Below are positions 38,277-46,445 of a stretch of 51,276 nucleotides of DNA, one piece after another. A program made the translations under genes and the position numbers. Numbering within the stretch: position 1 is the first letter of the stretch; each line of letters begins with the position of its first letter. The stretch is from a virus (Duplodnaviria; Caudoviricetes): positions 1 through 51,276 of IMG/VR virus record IMGVR_UViG_3300036713_000486. One strand, given 5' to 3'. The notes beneath the pieces are model-generated. The model was not told the origin of the DNA, made no database searches, and saw only the letters and a program-made list of their open reading frames with translations.

Positions 38277-39385
38277 TCCACCTCCTCCTCAAGTTTAGCA
38301 ACCAACTCAGTCAACCTCTGTTTACGTTTCTCGCTAAGCGATTCTCCATGCCAATAAACTTGAAGTTTCTCCGTAATAGTCCCAGCTTCCGCCACTTCTG
38401 GCATCCGTGTGCGCGTCTTTGCTAAGACTACCTCTTCAACCTTAACTGAGACAGCTCCTTGCCTTTCCAAGCTCCCCACAATATCTTTGACAGCCGCTTT
38501 CGCAGCGTCCCTTTCTTCAGAATATGTCGTGAATCTAAGTCGCACTTCGGCACCTACTACTGGTTCATGGGAAACATGATCCCAACCACCTTCGCGCCAA
38601 TCTATATCAATATGCACCATTGGAGTTGCAGGAGTCTTCACGAACTCAACATCATTAGTATCCGTGTTGTAAATCAGGAACCCTTTATCCTCAACTTCAC
38701 CAAAGTTAGTTCTACGAGGGCTACCAGGGTAGATGATTTGAGTGAACTTTTTGCCATATCTAACTGCCCACTGCTGTTTTTTATGAATATGACCAAGTGC
38801 AACTAAGTCGAACTTGCTAGCGCACAAGTCGTTAATACTTAACTCCATGTCGCACCCTACCAAAGGTTGCCCTGAACTGGTCACTGATCCTTGCATCGTA
38901 GCATGCATTAGGAGGATTTCTGTTGCTCCGTTGGAACAGTCCATTGCAAGACCATTAATCATATCTCGAACAACTTGATTCACATCTGTCAATCCTGACT
39001 CTAACAACGCTGCTTTACGTGGCCAAGCAACAGTGGTCACATTAATAATCCCATTGGATAATACTATACTTTTAGTTCCTGCCTCTTCTTGAACAAAGAT
39101 GGGATAAGTTGTGCCCAACCTTTCAAACAGCTTCAAATCACCAAGCGCATCATGATTACCTCGTACTACCACAACAGGACCAAGCCTTGCTTGAATCGAA
39201 AGCCATCGCGCAACCGCTGCCCGTTCCTTTGGCGTCGATTTAGAATCGAACACATCACCAGCGTGCAAAGTTAGAACAACACCGCGCTCCTCACATTCTC
39301 CAAAGATCCAGTCGTGAATACGAACGCATTCGTCAAACCTACTTCGCTCACTGAAGTGCGAGTCGGATATTATTGCAACCCTCAT
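38273..39385 (-). CDS. sbcD: SbcD/Mre11 metallophosphoesterase nuclease
   Basis: SDSH, AGDVFD, GNHD, LGHIH, YPGS. Confidence 0.92.
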   Translation of the reverse strand: MRVAIISDSHFSERSRFDECVRIHDWIFGECEERGVVLTLHAGDVFDSKSTPKERAAVARWLSIQARLGPVVVVRGNHDALGDLKLFERLGTTYPIFVQEEAGTKSIVLSNGIINVTTVAWPRKAALLESGLTDVNQVVRDMINGLAMDCSNGATEILLMHATMQGSVTSSGQPLVGCDMELSINDLCASKFDLVALGHIHKKQQWAVRYGKKFTQIIYPGSPRRTNFGEVEDKGFLIYNTDTNDVEFVKTPATPMVHIDIDWREGGWDHVSHEPVVGAEVRLRFTTYSEERDAAKAAVKDIVGSLERQGAVSVKVEEVVLAKTRTRMPEVAEAGTITEKLQVYWHGESLSEKRKQRLTELVAKLEEEVE

Positions 39386-39396
39386 TATGCAACCCC

Positions 39397-39492
39397 TATC
39401 CTAGTTTAGGATAATCCACCAAAAAGAGCCTACGAAGCGGCATTATGGGGATACGCTCTGCCTCGTGCGCTCTTTTTGGGGGGCCATCCCCC
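39397..39492 (-). promoter_or_regulatory. Structured intergenic leader upstream of sbcD
   Basis: 11-bp stem 39419-39429/39469-39479; 7-bp stem 39397-39413 beside the RBS. Confidence 0.5.
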
Positions 39493-39499
39493 ACATTAT

Positions 39500-39940
39500 T
39501 TATGTAAACCTTGCCCCCATGCTTGTCAAGACCCAACCGGCCCCTCTACCTTTCCCACCTACGTTTTTTACCAAACCAGCTAGCTGCATTTTGCTCAAAA
39601 GCCCAGGTTCGTCACCAATCCCTCCGGTAGCATCGATAATGTTTTTTCGCGTCATAGGTTCATCTGTGAGTACATTAAGCACCTTACGCTCAGCTTCTGT
39701 CGGTTCATCACTGTTCAACTTTGGCACACGCTTGCGTGTAGCCTTCTTAGGCTTCCCGAACTCAGCCTCAAGAGCAGTCTCAATAGTTGAATCGCTGCAT
39801 CCAGAACATGAAAGAGAAGTGTAAATAGCCTCCACCCTTTCGTTTTTGGACATCGCTTCATTCAAAGCTTCCGACGCTGCCTCAAGATCTAACTTCAATT
39901 TATCAACGCTTACTTGGAACTTTTCTAGTACGCTTACCAT
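39500..39940 (-). CDS. Coiled-coil protein with winged-helix-like C-terminus
   Basis: TEAERKVLNVL..EPMTRKNII...LSKMQLAGLV...W. Confidence 0.55.
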   Translation of the reverse strand: MVSVLEKFQVSVDKLKLDLEAASEALNEAMSKNERVEAIYTSLSCSGCSDSTIETALEAEFGKPKKATRKRVPKLNSDEPTEAERKVLNVLTDEPMTRKNIIDATGGIGDEPGLLSKMQLAGLVKNVGGKGRGAGWVLTSMGARFT

Positions 39941-39949
39941 TTTATCCTC

Positions 39950-41083
39950 CTACATTTTCTTTCGCTCGTTCATCTCTGTCCTGTACTCACTCAATTGCAT
40001 TTCAGCTATCTTACGGAACTGTTGCTTTTCAGGATCTGCTATCGACTTCTCAGCAATACTAATATAGTACGCCAACTGATTGTCAGTCAATTGACTTAAC
40101 GGCATACCTTTGTTTTTCCCAAAAGTAATACATGGCTCATCGTTTTGTGGTACTGGTTGCTCAACAACATGTTCTTCCCGACTCTCCGTTCCAGATTCGT
40201 ATGGAATATCATCAACGTCATCGTATGTACTCCCAACAGGCGGTGGCGGTTCATTTGGTGGAAGGGCAATAGTAGGTGCTAACGAAGACAAAGAAGACAT
40301 TGAAGGCGTCTGTGATAATGTTGGGACTGCTCCGTACATTGCTTGCCCTGCACCCATCATTGCCTGCATTCGCATACGAAAAGCTTCCTTTCTTAGTTCA
40401 GGGTCGTTTGTGTGCCCGGTCCACATGAGACGTGCGACCACAATCGGCCTTTTCAGTTCGTCTGCGGTGTATGCCGACTTGATTCCCATAGCTCTGATAG
40501 CTCGCAATCGAGCTTTAGACTCTGCGTGTGCTAGGATATGTAGTCGCATCTCACGAATCTGTCCAGAACGAGGATCTTTCGGCGGATATCCACGCTTCCC
40601 ACTGTTGTGCCATTGGGCTAACTTGGTCTCATATCGTTCCACTAGCGCTAAAACCTGCGCAGACCCTTCTCGAAGATCCATCTCCTTCGTACCCTGAACA
40701 CCAACCTCTGAACCATCGAATTGACGATATCTCCCACATGCAAAGTAACAACAATAATGCGGATCACTGCCATCGTCTAAACGCCTAGATCTAACTGGAT
40801 CCCAGTTAACGCCTGCTTGTGCTGCGATCTTGTCAAGAACTACCCTTGACAATGCAAACTTACCACCACCTACATCGTATGTCTCACCAGAGTCTTTGTT
40901 AGTGTTAACAAAGAAGTGACTGAAAGCCACCTCTGTCCCCTCCGGCACCGAGCGTACCGATGTCGCTGGCGACACCAAGATAGCCTTTTCTCCATGTTGC
41001 TTAAATTCGTTATTGACCTGATCTACATTTGAACACAGTACTGTTGCTTCGCGTTTAGCTAACTTAGTCACAACTTCCTCCAC
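39950..41083 (-). CDS. Putative recombination/single-strand annealing protein
   Basis: Upstream of sbcDC; AESKARLRAIRAMGIKSAYTADEL; Pro linker; C-terminal FGKNKG module. Confidence 0.5.
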   Translation of the reverse strand: MEEVVTKLAKREATVLCSNVDQVNNEFKQHGEKAILVSPATSVRSVPEGTEVAFSHFFVNTNKDSGETYDVGGGKFALSRVVLDKIAAQAGVNWDPVRSRRLDDGSDPHYCCYFACGRYRQFDGSEVGVQGTKEMDLREGSAQVLALVERYETKLAQWHNSGKRGYPPKDPRSGQIREMRLHILAHAESKARLRAIRAMGIKSAYTADELKRPIVVARLMWTGHTNDPELRKEAFRMRMQAMMGAGQAMYGAVPTLSQTPSMSSLSSLAPTIALPPNEPPPPVGSTYDDVDDIPYESGTESREEHVVEQPVPQNDEPCITFGKNKGMPLSQLTDNQLAYYISIAEKSIADPEKQQFRKIAEMQLSEYRTEMNERKKM

Positions 41084-41420
41084 ATTTCTTTAGCAGTGCG
41101 TCAACATCATCCTTGCTAGCTTCTACGCCATGCTCCTCAGCGATCTCCAGCCACTTATCCCGCCATGTGTCCACATGGTGGACCTTACATCCTACCCTCA
41201 CATAAGGCCATGGTGACAGATGTCGTACCTCGTGCTTTCCCACGCTACCTATCACCCTACCTCGACCTTCGTTGCCGTGGCCGTTAAATAAACCATCGCC
41301 ATCACCTTCACTGTAGCTGTAGCCGAATCCGTCTCCATAGCCGTTACCGTAGCCTAGGACGTAGCCGGCACCGTAGCTGGCGCCGTAGCCGTCACCGGTG
41401 TCGCTCACCCAGTCAAGCAT
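41064..41420 (-). CDS. Gly-Tyr/Asp repeat protein, paralog 3
   Basis: GDGYG repeats plus VRHLSPWPYVRVGCKVHHVDTWRDKW. Confidence 0.75.
   Translation of the reverse strand: MLDWVSDTGDGYGASYGAGYVLGYGNGYGDGFGYSYSEGDGDGLFNGHGNEGRGRVIGSVGKHEVRHLSPWPYVRVGCKVHHVDTWRDKWLEIAEEHGVEASKDDVDALLKKCGGSCD
41140..41256. repeat. 117-bp direct repeat, copy A
   Basis: One mismatch to 42205-42321. Confidence 0.95.
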
Positions 41421-41835
41421 GACACACCGCCTTCTTTAGCAGCGCGTCGACTTCTTCCTGGGTAATGTCGATATCATCATCCACCGCGATCTCCATCCAC
41501 TTATCACGCCATGTGTCCACATGGTGGACCTTACATCCTACCCTCACATAAGGCCATGGTGACAGGTGTCGTACCTCGTATTCTTCGATGCCACCTATCA
41601 CCATACCGTAGCCGTCGCCGTAACCGTAGCCGTAGCCGTCGCCGTAGCCGTCGCCGTAGCCGTAGCCGTAGCCGAAGCCGTAGCCGCCGCCGTCGCCGTA
41701 GCCGTAGCCGTTGCCGTTGCCGAAGCCGTAGCCGTTGCCGTAGCCGTAGCCGTCGCCGTTGTCGTAGCCGTAGCCGTAGCCGTTGCCGTAGCCGTCGCCG
41801 TAGCCGTCACCGGTGCCACGCACCCACTTAAGCAT
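41413..41835 (-). CDS. Gly-Tyr/Asp repeat protein, paralog 2 (start ATG 41835)
   Basis: MLKWVRGT, a long Gly-X run, then the shared domain. Confidence 0.75.
   Translation of the reverse strand: MLKWVRGTGDGYGDGYGNGYGYGYDNGDGYGYGNGYGFGNGNGYGYGDGGGYGFGYGYGYGDGYGDGYGYGYGDGYGMVIGGIEEYEVRHLSPWPYVRVGCKVHHVDTWRDKWMEIAVDDDIDITQEEVDALLKKAVCHA
41486..41602. repeat. 117-bp direct repeat, copy B (more diverged)
   Basis: Core identical to copy C; edges differ. Confidence 0.9.
41606..41812. repeat. Hexamer tandem repeat (mostly GCCGTA/GCCGTC/GCCGTT)
   Basis: More than 30 units; shorter arrays near 41320-41395 and 42350-42450. Confidence 0.95.
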
Positions 41836-42130
41836 CGGGCCACCCATCAATGGCAGCCGCAGCTTTTTCTGACACTTCAAGCACTTGCTTAGGCACATCC
41901 CGAACCTTATCGACAGCGCAAGTGATACGCGTCGTTGTTTTGGGTCCATTCGACGCCAAGCCGAACAGCCCGCCACACTCCATGCTCCAGTACAGAACCA
42001 TTTTTGCACGCTCTAGCTCTACTGGTTTGCCGACTTCAGGCAATTCACTTGCCCAACCGAACACGACCGCGCGACCATTCTCTCCCGAACAGATGATTAC
42101 AGGTGTCATTTTTCTTTCTACCTTATCCAT
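41828..42130 (-). CDS. Small beta-rich protein (DUF6948-like)
   Basis: AVVFGW...VELERAKMVLYW...LFGLASNGP...RI...V...LEVSEKA. Confidence 0.65.
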   Translation of the reverse strand: MDKVERKMTPVIICSGENGRAVVFGWASELPEVGKPVELERAKMVLYWSMECGGLFGLASNGPKTTTRITCAVDKVRDVPKQVLEVSEKAAAAIDGWPDA

Positions 42131-42494
42131 GTTGCGTTGTTGTTACTTTAGTAAAAAGCGCGTCAACCTCAGCTTGGCTCACCTCAACCTCCTCCTCATA
42201 CTCCGCGATCTCCAGCCACTTATCCCGCCATGTGTCCACATGGTGGACCTTACATCCTACCCTCACATAAGGCCATGGTGACAGGTGTCGTACCTCGTGC
42301 TTTCCCACGCTACCTATCACCATACCGTACGATCTATATCCGTATCCTGTTCCGTTGCCGTAGCCGTAGCCGTAGCCGTCGCCGTAGCCATCGCCGTCGC
42401 CGTAACCGTAGCCGTAGCCGCCGCCGTAGCCTTGGCCGTCGCCATCGCCAAATCCTGAGATGTAGCTATTCCCCAATTTATCGCCATTCACCAT
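42123..42494 (-). CDS. Gly-Tyr/Asp repeat protein, paralog 1 (start ATG 42494)
   Basis: RBS AGAGGG; repeats plus shared domain; the longer ATG lies inside a -35 box. Confidence 0.75.
   Translation of the reverse strand: MVNGDKLGNSYISGFGDGDGQGYGGGYGYGYGDGDGYGDGYGYGYGNGTGYGYRSYGMVIGSVGKHEVRHLSPWPYVRVGCKVHHVDTWRDKWLEIAEYEEEVEVSQAEVDALFTKVTTTQHG
42205..42321. repeat. 117-bp direct repeat, copy C
   Basis: See copy A. Confidence 0.95.
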
Positions 42495-42550
42495 AATTCC
42501 CTCTATGATTTGGCTGCTGTGATTCAATATGTAAGACCAGTTAAACTCCA

Positions 42551-42617
42551 TGTCAATCAGTTGCTAGCATTTTCTAAAAAAATGTTGACATAGTTTAGAT
42601 TCGTGACAAACCTAAAC
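42551..42617. promoter_or_regulatory. Divergent promoter region
   Basis: TTGACA on - (42551-42556) and on + (42585-42590); imperfect IR GTTTAGATT/AACCTAAAC; -10 boxes weak. Confidence 0.6.
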
Positions 42618-42620
42618 ATT

Positions 42621-42806
42621 ATGAGGAAATCAAAAATAGAAAGACCAAACCAAGTTGCACTATGGCTATCCGAAGACGAGAGAGATAAACTCGAACTTCT
42701 TGCCAGGAAAACTCACAACTCTTTATCTGGAACCATTCGTAGACTGATACTAAAAGAACGTGTCCCGATGGAAGATGACGACGATCCTAGTCCTTTGGAC
42801 TACTGA
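42621..42806 (+). CDS. Ribbon-helix-helix DNA-binding protein
   Basis: QVALWLSEDERDKLELLARK...LSGTIRRLI. Confidence 0.75.
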   Translation: MRKSKIERPNQVALWLSEDERDKLELLARKTHNSLSGTIRRLILKERVPMEDDDDPSPLDY

Positions 42807-42902
42807 TGACATATTGTTAGGTCAGCTAATAAACACCCGATTTCGCGAGTTGTTTAATTAGCAGGATTACGATCTACCATTTCAACATCTAACGAGGCCA
42901 CC

Positions 42903-43301
42903 GTGGATCTAGCTTCACGCATAATGGAATCATCCAAGGGCACCCTCTTGGGTTACCCACAGGTTGCTGATGAGGTGGCCAGGATGTTGGGCCAGTACAA
43001 CAAGTTCCCACGTTGGAGAATCAAAGAGTGCGCTGGGTTTATATCCAAACGGCTCGGCTTAGATCATGACATCGATCCATGGCACGACGTGTCAGCGTTG
43101 GCAGCTATCCTAATGGTCTCATCGCCGCTCACAGGTAACTCAGGTGTTGAGTGGCGCCCAACCAGAAACGATCTAGCGACCATGTTGGAGAACGCCCTAA
43201 CTCTTGGAGGCTGGCTCGTGTGCATGCATCCACCGCATGACTCGCCTGTGTACGATCGCGGTTGGCGGTGCTATAAAAAAATAGCAGACCCTTCTAACTA
43301 A
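42903..43301 (+). CDS. Hypothetical protein
   Basis: GAGG before the GTG start. Confidence 0.5.
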   Translation: MDLASRIMESSKGTLLGYPQVADEVARMLGQYNKFPRWRIKECAGFISKRLGLDHDIDPWHDVSALAAILMVSSPLTGNSGVEWRPTRNDLATMLENALTLGGWLVCMHPPHDSPVYDRGWRCYKKIADPSN

Positions 43302-43307
43302 TGTCGG

Positions 43308-43342
43308 TTGACAACCGTACTATGTACGGCTATCATCCGTAC
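43308..43342 (+). promoter_or_regulatory. Sigma70 promoter with embedded operator
   Basis: TTGACA-17nt-TATCAT; CCGTAC-N3-GTACGG in the spacer; a third CCGTAC at 43337. Confidence 0.8.
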
Positions 43343-43519
43343 ATGGCCATGGCAAATAGAAATAAAAGACTTGAAATAAGGTTGAGCGAGATCGAAAAAC
43401 GACAACTCGAAAGATTGACCGAAATAGAGGGGAAGACGGCTTCTGAAATTGTCCGATGGCTGATCTCCTCTCGGTATCGCAATGCGACGCTGGCGAAGCC
43501 TAACTGGAGTGGACGATGA
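43343..43519 (+). CDS. Ribbon-helix-helix protein, probably leaderless
   Basis: RLEIRLSEIEKRQLERL...TASEIVRWLI; ATG 7 nt after the -10 box. Confidence 0.75.
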   Translation: MAMANRNKRLEIRLSEIEKRQLERLTEIEGKTASEIVRWLISSRYRNATLAKPNWSGR

Positions 43520-44592
43520 GCTGGGTCCGTTTGCATGACGGTTGGAATCGTAATCCTAAATTTGCAGGTATGCATCGCTCTGCTCGATTGCTATGGGTAG
43601 ATCTTCTGACTTACTGCCAAGATCACCTTACGGATGGGTATCTAACATGGGACATGGTCCAAGTTGCAGCCATGGACTGTCCGAAGAATACAATAAAAAA
43701 GTACCTTACCTTGCTCGTATGTCGTGGTTTGCTCGAAGTTGTCTCGGGTGGTACCTCAACATTAGGTCCTTGGGAAATGCACGATTACCTAGACTGGAAC
43801 TGCTCAAAAGAAGATGTGACGTCTGTCAGAAAAAAAACCAGAAACAGGGTGGCTAAGTATCGGGAATCATTGAAGAGTGGTAGTGGATGTAACGCCGTTA
43901 CTAACGCTGTTACTAACGCTGTTACTAACGCAGATGTAACATGTGACGTGCACTCTGTTACTACGCATGCCCTCTCCAATCCACTCCACTCCACTCTTAA
44001 AGAAGATCCCCCTATAGTCCCCCAAGGGGGACCTGTTGTTCAACCATTGCTGATTCCAGAGACAGCGGAACAGAGACCTGGAAAGGAAGATGTGGTGAAA
44101 CATCCTACATCCAAGGCTTCTGGCTCTGGCAAGATCGATCAGGTGTTCGAGTACTGGCGCGAAAAGCATATGCCGAACGCAAAGAAGACAACACAACGAA
44201 TAGCAAAAATTCGTTCTCGAATCAAAGATGGTTATTCTGTAGATGACTTATGCAAAGCTGTGGATGGTGTGTTTGAGGATGATTTTTTAATGGGCAACAA
44301 TGACCGTGAGACCAAGTATGTTGATATCAAGACAATCTTCAGGGATGGGTCGAAGGTGGAAGCTTTGATGGCTCTCGCCAGCCAAGCTGAAGCCAAAGAA
44401 GCCGCTCGAGTGGCCCGAGAGAACCGTCCAAAGTTGAGATCGAATGCAACAGATGCTGAAAAACGAGAATACTTCGGGCACCCTCCTGGTACGGTGTATT
44501 GCGGACCTACTCCGGAGTTCATCAAGGTGATGGAGGAATTTGGGGTTGGAGCGTTCGGGAAAGATAAGATTGTGCTGGGAGATGATTCTTGA
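43516..44592 (+). CDS. Replication initiator (replisome organizer-like)
   Basis: WVRLHD..NPK...TDG...HDYLDWN; RNRVAKYRE; NAVT repeats; C-terminal VFEYW..RIKDGYSVDDL. Confidence 0.75.
   Translation: MSWVRLHDGWNRNPKFAGMHRSARLLWVDLLTYCQDHLTDGYLTWDMVQVAAMDCPKNTIKKYLTLLVCRGLLEVVSGGTSTLGPWEMHDYLDWNCSKEDVTSVRKKTRNRVAKYRESLKSGSGCNAVTNAVTNAVTNADVTCDVHSVTTHALSNPLHSTLKEDPPIVPQGGPVVQPLLIPETAEQRPGKEDVVKHPTSKASGSGKIDQVFEYWREKHMPNAKKTTQRIAKIRSRIKDGYSVDDLCKAVDGVFEDDFLMGNNDRETKYVDIKTIFRDGSKVEALMALASQAEAKEAARVARENRPKLRSNATDAEKREYFGHPPGTVYCGPTPEFIKVMEEFGVGAFGKDKIVLGDDS
43889..43966. repeat. 12-bp tandem repeats (TAACGCYGTTAC x3 plus partial copies), candidate origin iterons
   Basis: Units at 43890, 43902 and 43914; partials at 43926 and about 43955. 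Confidence 0.7.
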
Positions 44593-44737
44593 CGGCGCTC
44601 TTCGAATCTTTGGGGCCTTCATGAAGCTTTTACTACTTAGATGCTAGCAGACGACATAGCTAAGGTTGGCACGGTTCTCGCGCCAGTGTAGCGGCAGGAA
44701 ACGCGGTAAAGATTTTTTACACAAGGGAGGTGTAAGG

Positions 44738-45223
44738 ATGGAACGGCCTAGGTTTGATGGTGAGATTATATTCAAAAACTCAAAAGGGAATGAGGTTTTA
44801 GGACTACAGTTACTCAACACTAACCAATGGGTGAGATATGTGAAAGATCCAACAGCGATTAGTGGTGCTGAGTGTGAAGAACATATGGTGTACACCAACG
44901 CAACTATACTGTTTAGTGTTAATTACAATGTGCGCAAAATGCATAATGTATGTTGCGTCACTCATTTTCACAACATTGACGGGTATCGCATCAATTCGCT
45001 GTACGGAGATATAAAGTTAGGAACATACAGTTTTACAACACTTGGGACGTCAAGTGTATATTTTGTTCACCAGTCCACTGGTAATATTAAGGTTGAGTCG
45101 GCTGTATCTACACCACCTAAAACAGGTGGAGTGTGCAGACATTGTGGAACTTTGGGCGAATACCCAATTCAATGGTTAGATGGAATGGGAACCTGTTGTA
45201 GGTGCTGCGATAGGAATGGGTAA
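44738..45223 (+). CDS. Hypothetical protein with C-terminal Zn ribbon
   Basis: RBS GGGAGG; CRHCG...CCRC. Confidence 0.6.
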   Translation: MERPRFDGEIIFKNSKGNEVLGLQLLNTNQWVRYVKDPTAISGAECEEHMVYTNATILFSVNYNVRKMHNVCCVTHFHNIDGYRINSLYGDIKLGTYSFTTLGTSSVYFVHQSTGNIKVESAVSTPPKTGGVCRHCGTLGEYPIQWLDGMGTCCRCCDRNG

Positions 45224-45551
45224 TAGCGTTAAAATATTTAATGGGTTAAAGGAGGAAGTGATGAGGCAGAAAAGTCCAAAAGAAGTGGCAGAGTTGAGCG
45301 AGGATCAATTTCGGATATACGTGAGACAAATGTACAGGAACACGATAAAGAAATGGTTTGATAGATTAGAGCAGTACAAAAAAGAGTCGCAGATAACAGT
45401 GGACAATTACTGTAAACAAAAAGGTTGGGATTGTTTCAAATTGGATATTTTGCAAGAAAGTGGTGGTAATTGTAGGCATTGTGGGATGGTGGATAAGTAC
45501 GCCACTATTGAGGCAGATAGGATGGTAACCTGTTGGAGGTGCCGCAAATGA
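45216..45551 (+). CDS. Hypothetical protein with C-terminal Zn ribbon (start may be 45258 or 45261)
   Basis: CRHCG...CWRC; AAGGAGG before 45258. Confidence 0.6.
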   Translation: MGNSVKIFNGLKEEVMRQKSPKEVAELSEDQFRIYVRQMYRNTIKKWFDRLEQYKKESQITVDNYCKQKGWDCFKLDILQESGGNCRHCGMVDKYATIEADRMVTCWRCRK

Positions 45552-46195
45552 AGATCATTGAACCAAGTCACAAGATCGAAGCAATTATGCCTGAGAACGC
45601 TATGGAGCACCTTGAAAAGTGCACAAGGACGTGTTACCGTTCAGAAGGGAAGATTGGTGAGGGTAGCGCTGCCAAGCTTATGACGAAGGTCCTGATCAAG
45701 GGGCATGGGTCAGTTATTGAGCATGCGTCAGCTACTGTTAGGTTTGTGTGTGATCGCGGTGTATCACATGAGTTGGTTCGCCATAGACTTTGCGCGATAA
45801 GCCAAGAAAGCACGCGTTACGTGGCGTACTGCGGTGGCGATGAAGAAGGGCATGAATTATCTTTTGTGAAGCCTTGTTTTTGGGAAGATCCAAAAGATTC
45901 AAGGTTAGATGATAATTATAACCTCTGGTTAGAGGCTATGGATTATGCTGAACAATTCTATCTAACCATGCTTAAAATTGGCGCCAAGCCTGAAGAAGCA
46001 CGTAGTGTTCTACCTAATTCGCTACGAACAGAACTTGTTGTGACAGCCAATTTTCGGGAGTGGATTCATATTCTAAAACTTCGGACAGGGAAGCGTGCAC
46101 ACCCGCAGATGCGTCAGCTTATGATCCCTTTGGGGCATGAACTGGCTGATAAGTTCCCGATCATCTTTGGTGCATTCGGAGAAATGGAGAAGTGA
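45548..46195 (+). CDS. thyX: Flavin-dependent thymidylate synthase
   Basis: GHGSVIEH, HELVRHR..ISQESTRY, EEARSVLPN, AHPQMR. Confidence 0.95.
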   Translation: MKIIEPSHKIEAIMPENAMEHLEKCTRTCYRSEGKIGEGSAAKLMTKVLIKGHGSVIEHASATVRFVCDRGVSHELVRHRLCAISQESTRYVAYCGGDEEGHELSFVKPCFWEDPKDSRLDDNYNLWLEAMDYAEQFYLTMLKIGAKPEEARSVLPNSLRTELVVTANFREWIHILKLRTGKRAHPQMRQLMIPLGHELADKFPIIFGAFGEMEK

Positions 46196-46196
46196 G

Positions 46197-46445
46197 ATGG
46201 AACTAACGAAAGATCAAAAAAAGTTGGCGGCGTACCTTCTTCGCCTCGCTTCGGACCGATTCTCTAACCACTGCTGTAACGATCTCGACTTGCGAAAAAT
46301 TGGGCTTGAGAGTATGGCTGCAGAACTGTATGATTATCTTGAAAAAGATGAGGAGGAGGAAAATAATACAAATGTACCCCTAATAACATACGACTGGCTA
46401 GCGATGTGCTACTTGGCAGACAAACTAGATCAGGATGGGGAATAA
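46197..46445 (+). CDS. Hypothetical protein
   Basis: ATG 1 nt after thyX stop; FSNHCCND, DWLAM. Confidence 0.55.
   Translation: MELTKDQKKLAAYLLRLASDRFSNHCCNDLDLRKIGLESMAAELYDYLEKDEEEENNTNVPLITYDWLAMCYLADKLDQDGE

Noticed and set aside
41511-41892. Poly-RS, poly-VA and poly-TA ORFs (also 42230-42496)
   Set aside because: Alternative-frame artefacts of the hexamer repeat; only the Gly-X frame joins the conserved domain
41140-42321. CRISPR array
   Set aside because: Repeats are 117 bp, coding and irregularly spaced; no cas genes
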